Source: Asterias rubens (Eukaryota). Taken from it: a stretch of 64,000 bases of DNA. Positions within the stretch are counted from its first letter, which is position 1, and each line of letters begins with the position of its first letter. Below are positions 39,783-52,491 of the stretch, in pieces. The notes under the pieces are model-generated. The model worked only from the letters and a program-made list of their open reading frames with translations, ran no database searches and had not been told where the DNA came from. A program made the position numbers and the translations under genes. Where the stretch lies: contig NC_047073.1 in the NCBI RefSeq assembly GCF_902459465.1, positions 8,990,001-9,054,000 of the forward strand. Direction: 5' to 3'.

Positions 39783-40168
39783 TTAAAGACAGTGGACACT
39801 ATTGGTAATTGTCAAAGACCAGTCTTCTGACTTGGTGTATCTCAACATATGCATAACATAACAAACCTGTGAAAATTTGAGCTTGATTGGTCGTCGGAGT
39901 TGCGAGATAATAATGAAAGAAAAAATACCCTTGTCACACGAAGCTGTGTGCTTTCAGATGCTTGATTTCGAGACCTCAAATTCTAAACTTGAGGTCTCGA
40001 AATCAAATTCGTGGAAAATTACTTCTTTCTCAAAAACTACGTCACTTTAGAGGGAGCCCTTCCTCACAATGTTTTGTACTATCAACCTCTCCCCATTACT
40101 CGTCACCAAATGAGGTTTTATGACGATACTTATTTTGAGTGATTACCAATAGTGTCCACTGCCTTTAA
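39783..40168. mobile_element. Family A MITE, complete
   Basis: TTAAAGACAGTGGACACTATTGGTAATT...ATTACCAATAGTGTCCACTGCCTTTAA. Confidence 0.9.
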
Positions 40169-40573
40169 AGGCAGTGGACACTATTGGTAATTACTCAAAA
40201 TAATTATTAGCATAAAACCTTTCTTGGTGACGAGTAATGGGGGAGAGGTTGATGGTATAAACGTTGTGAGAAACGGCTCCCTCTGAAGTGCCATAGTTTT
40301 CGAGAAAGAAGTAATTTTCCACGAATTTGATTTTGCGACCTCAGACTTAGATTTCGAGGTCTCGAAATCAACCATCAAAACGCACACAACTTCGTGTGAC
40401 AAGGGTGTTTTTTCTTTCATTATTACCTCGCAACTTCGATGACCAATTGAGCCATTTCTCACATTGTTTACACGGTTAAACGGTAATCAACCTCTCCCCA
40501 TTACTCTTAATCAAGAAAGGTTTTATGTTAATAATTACTTTAAGTAATTACCAATAGTGTCCACTGCCTTTAA
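40165..40573. mobile_element. Family A MITE in opposite orientation sharing the TTAA of the preceding copy; chimeric right end
   Basis: Starts AGGCAGTGGACACTATTGGTAATTACTC directly after TTAA 40165-40168 and ends with the same end type. Confidence 0.88.
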
Positions 40574-43500
40574 GACTGAATGTTCAGTAGCTGTTAATAT
40601 TATTGATAGGATACTATTTTGGAACCAATAGAAAAGAATAAAACAAATTGTGGCAGCTGCCATGCACGGCCTTCGTTTCCGGATGTATTTTTGTAAAAAT
40701 TTACGATGCCGGCAATTTCCTCTCAGAGCGCCGGCATCGTCAAAGTCTATTGTTTGGAATTGACATTACAGTTCGGATAATAAAACAAGTTAAAATATCT
40801 GCACTATTTGTAGCTAGTCGACGATCTCAACACACAGATCACGATGCTTCATGCCTCGAGAGCGTCATCAAAATGTGATGAGACAGTAATCCCGTTTGAA
40901 CTGTGGAAGCCACTTTGAATCGTTTTACTCGCTGCTAAAAACTAAAAATTTTTTCCTAACAAAAAAATACAATACGGACTGTGATTTTTTCACAGTCTGG
41001 TACCTGTTACAAAAACAAAATGTTTGTAATTGTTATTTCATAGGTCAAGGAGTGAGACAAAACTGTCCTTTACACTTCTCTCTGCCCAAAATTCATTGCA
41101 GACGAGATAGTGGGAGGGGGGGGGGGGTGGTCACGCCAACATGCCTTTAGCTCAAAATGGCACAATTTATTGGAGAAATTGCGATAGGGGACGTAGTGCA
41201 TAACTCAGATATCCCTAATAAACGCGGCAAACCTTACCAAAAATGCATTTTTGATGTACGACACAACTCAGGAATGTGCTGTAAATTGTATCCCTGCGGG
41301 TGGCATGACGCCCCAGAACAAAAATCACCCGATCGGCGAGTGTAACTTTGATATCGGTTCCGAGTGCGCTCTTTACGACAGTTGGCTATAGTTGTCTATT
41401 TCTACCTCATGTTCTCATGCATACATCCATATAAAAATACACTGAGCTAAAATGAGGACGTATTGGAATTATTCCGGCCCACCTTCTTTAAACTGACTTC
41501 AACATACGAATGGGTAAAACCAACTAATATTCCTTATCCTCGATTCAAATTTAACATCTTTTAAATTTTAGGTCTGACTTGTACGAAATACCATTGATTA
41601 GAAAAAAGTGAAAGTAGAATAAAATTGATCGGCAATAACTTATTAACGCTATGTTTTAATAATTTTGTGAGGCCAGTGATTTATCCGATGTATCGACATT
41701 TTTATTAGAGGGGGTGGGGCTGGGCTCGGCTGATATGAAAGTAACGCGAGTGAACTAGAAACAATGTCCGAATGAAGAAGTCGTCCCCATTCCATTCGAA
41801 GGTTGCATCAGTCACCAGTTTCTAAAGGTCAAAGTTGACAAGAATCAGGCGATCGGTTCCCAGCACTGACCGACCTCCATGTTATTTTCCTGTCTACGGG
41901 ATATGAGACACACACAGATGACATTGAGCCCTACTCGCAGCGTGAGCACGAGGTTGTACTTATGAAGGTTGATATACCCCGTCAAGGTGCTTCAATTTGG
42001 CAGCCTGCCAAAGCCACGCCCATAGCTAGTTGCCCAACCACACATGCGCTCTCTTTGCGTGGGCGACACGTAATTGGGGAATTCTATTATGCAAATGAGG
42101 CTACATTTTCAGTCAGGCGTTGTGGCTGGGCAACGCCATGTACTGTATACTTGTACACTGAGATGAAATTTCAGACTGCAGCGCACAGCGAGTTGAAAAG
42201 TTCAATTTCAGAGTCGGTAGACTGTGCATTCATAGGGGGGTTGTATTTATAAAACGACGGAGGCACCTAACATAATAAGCATGCATGGACATCAATGGTC
42301 CTGTATTGTGCAAAAAACCTTGAAGCAAAATTATTTAGCTTGATGGTGAGGGGTAAAATAATTGTGCCAAAATCAACCGTTATCTATCAATATTGTTATC
42401 TGGTACATGGTAGATAAGAATGAGGAACACATACCATGTTTTGCTTGTGTTGACTTGAACACAAGACAACACATTTTTCATTGGGGAAAATGCTAAATTC
42501 TATAAATAAAAAATACATTCAATTAAAAAAAGTACTTGGAGGTGCAGGTTAAGGCAAAAAATACAACAATAGAGGACAAAGGAAAAAGGTGCAATGGCAC
42601 GTTTTTTAATAGTCTTTTTTTACAAGAACAAGGTGAAAAAATAAAGAACATTTACACTTTTATAGTCCAGAATAAATCCCCGACCCAAAAAGCAATTTTG
42701 TAATTTATCTTTTAGAGTGTCGGGGCTATATTATGTGTTCTAAATATTTGCTCAGTACATTTGGAACCGGCGTAAATAAGAGCAGTACAATAACAAGCAA
42801 TATGGCAAGTCATTTTTCTTTTAAATGTTACATAAAATATGACATTTTTCTTTACGTTCACCAGTTTACAACTAATCTCATGCCATATTAAGGCTGCATA
42901 AATACACGAAAATTCCACATGCCTGCTAGACAGTATATACTTCAGGAAGCTAGTAAATAGCAAAAGCATAGTAGTGTCCTTTTAATGTAAAACCCCGGGG
43001 GAGGCTGTGTATGATTTATCACGGGTATACCACATGGTCTTCAAATAAAAATAATGTCAAATGTGATTGTGGTTTTATTCGCGATCGCCAGATGTTTATT
43101 TCGACGATGTTGATAAATTTAAGCACTGTTTACATGCGGGAACATTATTCTCTCTGCGATACCCTACCCTGTTTTTTTCTCTCAAAAGTTTCCCATCAAG
43201 ATGATTTCCAGCCAGAGGAAGTGCAATTTGATACGAATGATCAATTCACGGGTTGCTGGTCAGGTTTAATCAAAAATGTTAAATTTCATCATTTTTAGTC
43301 TTGGGACTTCTTACGGTAGGTGAAATAATTTGTCAAGGCTGGTGGGCGGGAAAAGCTAAATCAACTTGATAATACTTGAAGAAGAAATTTTCATTTTCCA
43401 AGTAAAGTATTTATTTGTTGATTTCGTTTAATTTGTTTCCCAATTTTTGTATGCACTTTTCATTTAATAAGTTAAAATGAGCCGGCCAACGATATAAACA

Positions 43501-46500
43501 CGGGGGGGGGGGGGGCGGGGATATGCTATGGTCTGACCATAGAGATGGTCTGGTCTGACCATACGTGGCTGAAGGACTTGTGTCCGTGCTCCCAACCATA
43601 ATGGAGGCCACAAATAATTATACTTCCACGGTCTATATATACACATGGTCTGATGACAGCATGCATATCCTGACCGGTAGTTCTGCTTAAAATTGTAACC
43701 ACTTGAGGGGTCATTCTTAAGGTGATAATAAATTATATTAAGTGACCTTTAATGTAATTAAATAATGGCGGGTAAATATCCACTCCCCGAAAAGGTGAAA
43801 ATAAAACGTGCATAAAAGATTAAACCAAATTAATTTGAAAACAGAGTTGGCTTTACTGCTGCCAACCCCAAAAAGTATTACCAATAAACAATGCAAAGTT
43901 TGTTTAATTAAAGTACATCATGTTTTTTTTTAAAGCACGTATTGGCGTTGTTATTGTTGTCTTTGTTAACTGATATGTTGATATCATTATTTTCGTGTGT
44001 TTTTGTTTTCCTTTTTTTTCTTTTTTTCTTTTTTCTCGAGAATCCTGGGAAAATGTACACCGGTGCTCAATGTGTACTAAACAAGAATGGTCAACAGAGG
44101 GCGTACGCAGTATTAATAGAGGTAAGGTCGCCGAGTCTATAGAAAATGCACCGGTCGGGAATAGTATTGAGAGGAGTTATCAGATGAAATAATAGTACAA
44201 CACAATTCTAGATCAACATCGACCCCTCCATCCGATTTACATTTAAGCGCCAACTACAACAATACCTCTTAAAAATAACTTAAAAAAGTGGGGAAAATGT
44301 TACAGCAATCAATATTTTGTTGTCGATAACCCATTTTATGAATTCAGTCAAGAAAAAAAGCTGGTCCATCGCAGTGTTTTGTTAAAAACTAATAACCGTT
44401 AGACCGTGAACAGTCAGTCGTTGTTTATTGTTTCATTTAATATTGTTGAAACCAACAGGTGGTTGTTGTCAACATAAATTAGCCGTCGGGTGACATGTGC
44501 GACAAAGCAACACCTGTGTGTATGGCGTGTGCGCGGAGTGTTTACCAACACGTTGACGTCATCAGACGTCACAGCTTAATTAACACGGTGGTGTGCTTTG
44601 TTTTCTTACGTGGAACCGGATATAATCTCTAACAAATTGTGGGAAATACAATTTTAGTACAGTTTAAGCGTTTAATTTATATAAAATATAGATATATTTA
44701 TCCTCAAAGGCTACCCTAGGCTCTGGTGCTATAAATAACCAAAGGCCTACAGCAAGCAAAGCAAGACGCAATTTCGTAATGTTTGGAGAGAAGATAAAGG
44801 ATCTGCTACGGTTAAAAATAAAATGCCATTTCTAACTTTTGTTAGCACTTTAAACAAAACTACCAAACATCACAAACAATAATGAAAGAACAGGATGCCA
44901 AAACCCCATAGCAGGATCTTATAATATTGTGGTTGGGATGGTGTCAGCTAAAATAGAGGGGCACCTCCTGAATATTGGCCCGTTTTGAAAGAACCAAACT
45001 AAATCACAAAACTTCAATTCAAACTCACATTTATTTATCAACAGCAAAAGTACAACAAACAAAATTTCAAAAACAATTTTACTTTTTGGCCGATTGGACA
45101 TAAGTCAAAACATAATAAGAGTAACCAACGGGCACGTTTTACAAGAAGGCAGACACCGAATAGCAGTATAGCCGGGGCTATTTTGTCACACACAGTGAAG
45201 GTTTTGCTCATCACATTTGAAGAGGGCGCTGTTTTCGAAAATAAGTACGATACGTGTTGTCTATACTGATTGGGGTCTAATTTGACTGGATTTCTTGTCT
45301 TTTTATCCGCCCTGTTTTGTTAATAAAGAAACAGCCTTTCATATATATTGCTTAGCTGTTTTGATGTTGGTAGATCTATATTTTTCATTCCAATTTGCCA
45401 GCAACAGGTATTCGCAATTCACTGGTTGATTTGAGATTGCCGGATAGCCCTATCTAGTTGTGATGTCTGATTTTAAAGCTACCGATGGGTTTATATTTGT
45501 ATTTGAGTATAATTTAACTTTTTTGTATGTCTGTCTGAAATACACTCCTGGATGGGCAGTGGAGGTTTTATTGAGTCTCACACATTCTATGAAGAATTCT
45601 TTGACGCCATTGTTTTAGTATGTATTTATGTATTTTTATTTTTTTATTAAAATTGTACTTTTGTCACAGTAATGTATTGGGTGTGAATATCAAACTATAC
45701 CTATATGACAATTAACTTCGTTCCAATTTACAAGAGAGGGAAATGCTCGTTTGGATGTCTGAACGACACAGCAAAACAACGACAAAGACAAACCACCAAA
45801 ACAACAACAAAGACAAACCACCAAAACAAAACCTCATTCGATTGCGTTTTCAACACCTGCTGTTACTTAACGGTTTCCCACAACCATATCCGTCGTATTA
45901 CAGTGAACGATATTCTATTTTCGTGCGATGTGTGTGGTAAACTTAACTGACCGCATTATTTTATCAGTCGGAATTCGCTGGTACACATTTAGCCGCCGCA
46001 CAATTTTTAATCACCGGAAGTAATGGAAACGGGGTATACGTCTCTGAACTAACTAAATTAAAGGGGGAGGGCAAACTTGCAATTGCTCTTTAGGTTTTTC
46101 TTTGCCGCTGTGAATTTATTTCTATCAAAGTATAAAACGAATTTCTACTTCGTCCGGTTAAAAAGAAGGGCAGTTCTTTTCAGAACTGAGAAGTCTCCCG
46201 GAAAGAATCTACTCGCTCCGTGGTAGTATAGCACTAGTTCTCTAAAGAACAAACTCTATAATGGCAAGATGGTGTTCCGCAAACCAATCGTGCATTTTTG
46301 GTATGGTTTTATTTTAGGAAGCAATGTAAACATGGATGCGCTAGAAAGCGATATTCTCAAGGAAACATGGAAGGAAAATGCTTAAACTTTTTTTTTCACA
46401 AAAAAGTATCCTTCTGCTGAAAATCAAGGAACCAAAACAGCGACCACCACAGTCTGTGACCCGTCGATCTGAAGCTTGGTGAAGACACATATAATAATAA

Positions 46501-47083
46501 GTCTTACTCAGGAGCTTGAAGGATCGAGAAGGAGAAACTTAAATAAACCACCCAGTCAATGACCGTCAACCCAATTCATATGCAAGGCATTAAGCAGGAT
46601 GGGTATAGTGTTGAGGTGGGCAGCTGACCTGACCACTCGGTCAGTCAGTCCTACCTCCATGGCCAACCCTAACTTCTTGGCAGACAAATTTAATCAGCGC
46701 TTCACACCAACTATAAACATTGACAATAATTAATGGATCTGCGCCAATCTTGATTATGGCGACAAACATTTTGATAACAAGTAAACCTCGTAGCGTCTTC
46801 ATTATTGACGAAAACTAATCCTATGGGCAATGGCGATAAATTTTAATGGTTGAAGTCAACAAAGTCCCAGTAATTGCGGTTTACAGAAGTTAATCTTTCA
46901 ACTTCAGTACAAACTAAAACACTTAAAAACTTGGCAAAGCCATTGTAAAATCTCTTAGCAGATAAAAATAAAGATTAAAAGAAAGATTTGTGTAAGTTCA
47001 AGCATAGAGAAAGGTTCAATTTAGCGTCCCCCTTTTCGCCGGAGGCCACTATGATCGGGAGATACAGCGCGCCACCAAGAGGT

Positions 47084-47433
47084 TTAAAAAAGCACTGGAC
47101 ACCAGTCCTTCGGTATTGGCAATGATAACCAGTAGTGTTCTCACTTGTTGGCGTGTCCCAACATTTTTATGCATAAAATAACAGTCTGTGAAAATTTGGA
47201 CGCAATTGTTCATATTATATCAAACTTGCAAGAGATATAATATAAATAACACCCTTGTTGCACGTGCTTTCGGATGGCTAAAAGGCTTTAAGTCTGATGT
47301 GTTTTAACATTTGAGTGAACAATATTACCATTCTCCGACTTTTAAAACTATTTCTTCAGATGTTTTATACAATCAAATACCAAGTAATGTTTATGCTAAC
47401 AATGTTGTTTAATAGTAATTACCTACTGTGTCC
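47084..47433. mobile_element. Degenerate family A MITE
   Basis: TTAAAAAAGCACTGGACAC start, TATGCATAAAATAACAGTCTGTGAAAATTTGG internal motif. Confidence 0.6.
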
Positions 47434-47927
47434 GTGTGAACAAAAAAGTAACGTTACACATGTAATTTGATGTCAAATAATTGTTGAATCTGGCCAATTG
47501 CCCAGAACTAGAGATAAGCTTCTTACCAAACACAAATCTTCCTGCGCTTTAATACGCACTTCCGATTGCAGATTTACTCTAAAAGCCTATTTAGCTATTA
47601 GGTCACACTCTTTAGTCTACCACATTTAAAGGTTCCGCGCTAATGGTTTGTTTATGTTTACAGTCTGTCTTAAGATAACACCAGTCAACAAATACAAAGT
47701 CAATATTTATGGTTTCAGAAATTTCATGAAAACGGGGGTACCACTACTTAAAAAGTCTGTGATTAATACACGACACACAGATGTTTAATTATAATGTTGT
47801 TGCTGGTTATGCAACAGTCGATTTTAATACACTCACTGACCGGTAAAATATGTTTACTAATAACAAGACGATGGATACATGCACTCAGTCCTATCTCTCA
47901 CAACACCTCCCAATGCTCCAATAGACC

Positions 47928-47928
<1 letters not shown>

Positions 47929-47968
<40 letters not shown>

Positions 47969-47969
47969 T
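47929..47969 (+). repeat. (TAT)n microsatellite
   Basis: About 13 TAT units. Confidence 0.95.
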
Positions 47970-48689
47970 ACTCTGGCTTTTATTCTTTGCTCTGAATTGT
48001 AATTTTCTTCATAACTATAGACATCCTCTTTATATAAAGCAAAATAATCTCCTTATGTTAGAATGCTTTTAACTTTAGCGAATACTTAAAAATAAACATA
48101 TATCTCTTTGCAAAAAGGGAATGAAATAATGGAATGTAGGGAAAATAAAACTTTTCTGTCCACGCGAAATATAATCAATCATCATGTACATGTACTTTGG
48201 TTAGAACTTCTGCAAATGCATTTATTTTATAAGCCATTTCTTGTTTATGACCTATTGTTGCCAGATTGACGCCAGATTGACAGGATATAATGTTGTGCAA
48301 CATCAGGTGTACAAACTTCTTCTGACAACGCCCTCATTTTATTGAAACCCCCTTTTAAATATGGAGGAGGGATTGGGGGTTGGGGGTGGGGGGGGGGGAG
48401 AGTTATCCCCGGGACACCTGCATTTGAGAAGCAATATTCAGTTAGTCTTCTTGAGGAAGAATCTAAATTAATTACTATTCCCAAACAACCCCCTTAAGTT
48501 ATCCAGCCTAAATCTAGTAAAGGTTTAGCCTTCAAATCCTTGGTTTAAAAAAAAACATATTTAAAGGATCATTTTCAACCAAAAACAGTGAAAATGAAAA
48601 TATCTGAAAGCACTCTAGCATGTTCATAATTACTTTCAGAATTTGCAGTCATTAAATCATTGGTAAAAAAAAAAATAATAAAATAATAA

Positions 48690-48870
48690 ATAAACAAACT
48701 GTTGAACTACCCTGCCTCATAGTCTCCTGGATAGGGAAGCTTTCTCGTTTATAAATGAACCCAGTACTGACTTTTAAATTAACTATTTTCCAAGTTCTCA
48801 GAGGGAAAAACACACAAATCTCTAGTGGGATTCGAACCAAAGAGCCTCTGCATCCTAAAGGAGGGACCAC
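48690..48870 (-). mobile_element. tRNA-derived SINE, degenerate
   Basis: B-box GGTTCGAATCCC on the minus strand at 48827-48838. Confidence 0.5.
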
Positions 48871-49035
48871 CTTTAAAGCATTGCTTACTGCGGAACTCTG
48901 TGCTTACAGCCCATAGAGAAATATGCACAATAAAGGGTGCTGTAAGCACAAAATTATGATTACCAGCCCCAAAACCATGTCACACAAAACATTGGTGACT
49001 GGTATCCCGCTCATTTTTGCTCAAGTAGAAAGCTC

Positions 49036-49402
49036 TTAAAGCCAGTGGACACTATTGGTAATTGTCAAAGACTAGGCTTCACAGTTGGTGTATCTCAACA
49101 TATGCATAAAATAACAAACCTGTGAAAATTTGAGCTCAATCGGTCATCGAACTTGTGAGATAATAATGAAAGAAAAAAAACACCCTTGTCACACGAAGTT
49201 CTGTGCGTTTAGGTGGTTGATTTCGAGACCTCAAGTGCTAAACTTGAGGTCTCGAAATCAAATTCGTGGAAAATGACTTCTTTCTCGGAGCCGTTTCTCA
49301 CAATGTTTTATACCATCAACCTCTCCCCATTACTCTTTACCAAGTAAGGTTTTATGCTAATAATTATTTTGAGTAATTACCAATAGTGTCCACTGCCTTT
49401 AA
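49036..49402. mobile_element. Family A MITE, near-complete
   Basis: TTAAAGCCAGTGGACACTATTGGTAATT...AATTACCAATAGTGTCCACTGCCTTTAA. Confidence 0.9.
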
Positions 49403-49936
49403 GCAATATTTTCTGCCCAAACAGCTCTATTACAGCCAGCCCTAGTACTTTCAAAAGAACCGATTATACACAGTGCTTATCCGGACTCACACCGGTGTAA
49501 AATTAAAAACTGTTACGACAAATTGTCGTTTGCCTAATGCTCATTCTCTAAGGACTTCTGAAAAAAACCTTCACAATTATTTGTCCAAAGTGCATTTGTT
49601 TGCTCTATAAAACTTCCAAATAGCACTGTACAAACCAGCTGGGTTTTAATTTTAATGTGCTAGAAATAAAAGCAATTACAAATTACAAATCATTCCAAGA
49701 ACTGTTAACGTAAAATGCTTGTAAAATGTGCTAAAAAAGGACAAATATAAATGACATAATCATCCCAAGTACTAATAACATGTAACATGCTGGCTGGTAT
49801 TGTCATTGATGTGTCTAGCATCACTGTATTAATAACCATCAGAGTTAAGTTGATAATTTCAAAGAAATGTGATAATTACAATCACTCATGCGGACAGATA
49901 CTACTGGTTGGTAATCTCAACAGACCCGTTGCCTAA

Positions 49937-50127
49937 AGCCCGGTTCATACTTCCTGCGAATGCGAATGCGAAGCGAATCTTGACGTCACAAATTCGCAAC
50001 AAACAATTCGCAGCAGTTGCCCTCTGCTCTACTCCCTCGCGAATAATCGCTGCGAAAGGAGGGTGTGACGTCAAATTCACGTCAAATTCGCTTCGCATTC
50101 GCGTTCGCATGAAGTATGAACCTGGCT
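49937..50127. mobile_element. Harbinger-like MITE
   Basis: TIR AGCCCGGTTCATACTTCCTGCGAATGCGAA / TTCGCGTTCGCATGAAGTATGAACCTGGCT; TAA on both flanks. Confidence 0.85.
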
Positions 50128-51792
50128 TAACGCGAAACGCTACAGGGTGCTGAAGCCACACAAACAGCTATCATCCAATGATTTGCCTTCCTCAGCCTTA
50201 GTAAGGCCGCTTTTTGTCCTCAGAGAGGCCGCTTTTTTGCCTCAGTGAGAGCACTTTTTGAGCGTTGACGACCTATGCAAGATGTCCATTGAGTCGAGGA
50301 TTAGGCAAACGTACCAACGAGGCCCCATAAAAACTGTGACATTGCCCGGTTCACACTTTACATGAAAGCAAATGCAAAACAAGTTTTGGTGATGGCATAA
50401 TCACGATAATCATGTGGCTGTTTTTCAAATTGTGACACAAAAAAATTCACCTCGCTTTCACGTGAAATTTACACATTTCAATTTTCTTGGGAAAAGTCTA
50501 TAGCCTTTCATCACAGAGGGTAAAATTTTATGAATGTCACGAACTTTACTACGTGAAAACTTGGAATTACCTCTAAAATAGATGATGTGCGTGAAGAAGC
50601 GATATCGTTATGAATATCAGTCTGTAAAGAGGGCGGGGGGGGGGACCACGGGAATCCATAGTCCAATCAATTACATTTTCCACAATATCAACATATTGCA
50701 CAATTATTTGTTAAGTATGACCAAAATGCAAAGCTACAGATATTAATCTAGTGCTACATTTATCCACATCAATGCATTTCTTGCAGGCCAACAATTTGTT
50801 TTGTTTAATTCATTTTGGTGAGTTACGCCAATATAAAAAAAATTATTTTTTACAACGAAAAAACACACAAACTTACTACAAAAAAAATTGATTTCGATTT
50901 TTTTTTATAGTTTTGTTTCATGTCTTTCTGTTTTTTTGTTCCTCTAAATAAATACTACATTAGTTTGTAGAACATCAAACAAAACAAATACTGATATTCA
51001 ATGTATGAGTTAATATATTATATTATATAACAAACTCCCACTTTTAGAAGCAGTAAGTACAGAGCATAGAGCTATATAAGAACTTCTATAGCTCTATGGT
51101 ACAGAGACTCTGATAAAACACAAAATAGACCGCCCTCTTCAGTTTAACCGGGAAAGTTCATTCTCTCTACAAGCATTCCACTCAAAATAATTATCACACT
51201 CACAACTCAACATGGATAGTTTTGCACCTTCCAAAAAGCTGGCATAAAAACATTCACCGACCCCAGAAATGCCAAACTATCTTACATGATAAACACAGCA
51301 GAGAAATAAGACCATGCCGCTTCAACTGCAAGGCAGGCAAAGTCAACCTTTTCCCCGGTTAAGTTGATACTTTTCGAAACAAGCCACTCCTAGGTAAACT
51401 TTGGATAGTGCACTGTATTGTGAACCACCCATAATGGAAAGTCTAAGTACATGTCTATCTTACTTGAGATGTCACCTCTTTGATAAAGCGATATCTTTTA
51501 TTTAGCCCTTTTTGGCACCAAGACTTTTAGTTATCTTCAAAACAGACCCTTTCAATATACAGGACTTCAAACATAGGGAGGGTGCGTAGGCTGGAGTGAA
51601 TATTTGTGCTTGTAACCAATAACTGTTTCGGTTGAACTTGCCATTGGTTGATTACCCGCCCTTGCCCGTTATGGGTTAACAGTTATTGGTTACGACCCTG
51701 AATTGCACCCAGGCGTCTAAGCAATTGTTTTCAAAAATGGTCGCCAGAAACATAGAATTGTCTCACCTAGAATCTTGCTTATCCTGCTGCTA

Positions 51793-52260
51793 AAAAGTCG
51801 TCAGAACATCAACTTTTCAAACACCATCTCTCTCCAGGAATACATAAAAGTCTCATCGAACAACTTCCATTTCCTGTAAAAAAAACTTCTTCTTATAAAA
51901 AGTCATCAGAATTTCAACTTTTCCGATATCCCTCTCAAGGAATACAGAAAAGACTCATTGAGTAACGTCCTTATCCTATACGAAACCCATCGCATAAAGT
52001 TGTCAGAACATCAACCTTTCGCACATCCAGAAATACTGAAAAGTCTCAACGAACAACTTCCTTTTCCTATACAAAACCAGCCATCGGTTTCACCAAACTC
52101 TTTCTAACTTCGGATTAATCTTAGGACTTAGGACAAGTTAAGTAACCATAGACGATAGGGCACATTAAACACATCCTAACTTGAGATAGGATTAATCCTA
52201 GCGTTTCGTAAAAATGGCTGCTGCCTCTCAAAGTCATCCAAACATCAACTTCTCACACAT
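51793..52260. repeat. ~90-105-bp degenerate tandem repeat in the LMBRD2 3' UTR (3 full units plus one partial unit overlapping the stop)
   Basis: AAAGTC(A/G)TCAGAACATCAAC.TT motif at ~51795, 51899, 51997 and 52230. Confidence 0.7.
52078..52220. mobile_element. Small MITE in the LMBRD2 3' UTR
   Basis: CAGCCATCGGTTTCACC / CGTAAAAATGGCTG ends; subterminal GGATTAATC(C/T)TAG inverted. Confidence 0.65.
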
Positions 52261-52491
52261 CGTCAAAGATCCCTTTTGCACTCTGCTGCGACTTCCCCAG
52301 CCCACTACTCCGACCCATGGTGTTATCCGACGAGTACCCGCCGCTGTGCCGTCCACTGGACTTCCTTCTGCTGCTGTAGGCCGGCACGGCGTCGGTGAAC
52401 TCGGCTGCACTCTCTTCGTTATAGTCAATGGGTTCGCTGTCGCGGAGTAACTCCACGCGAGAATCTTCAGGCTCTCGTCTGCTGTATTTTG
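52253..52491 (-). CDS. LMBRD2: LMBRD2 last coding exon (AKYSRR...GIFDDV*)
   Basis: ttcctcacag acceptor; [12 protein letters not shown] and IFDDV resemble the vertebrate C-terminus; stop TGA at 52253-52255. Confidence 0.92.

Noticed and set aside
40181-40462. ORFs at 24002-24277 and 40181-40462 sharing SKSEVxKSNSWKITSFSKTMAL
   Set aside because: Translations of family A MITE sequence; no DDE transposase signature.
47794-48072. ORF with poly-Tyr
   Set aside because: Translation of a (TAT)n microsatellite.
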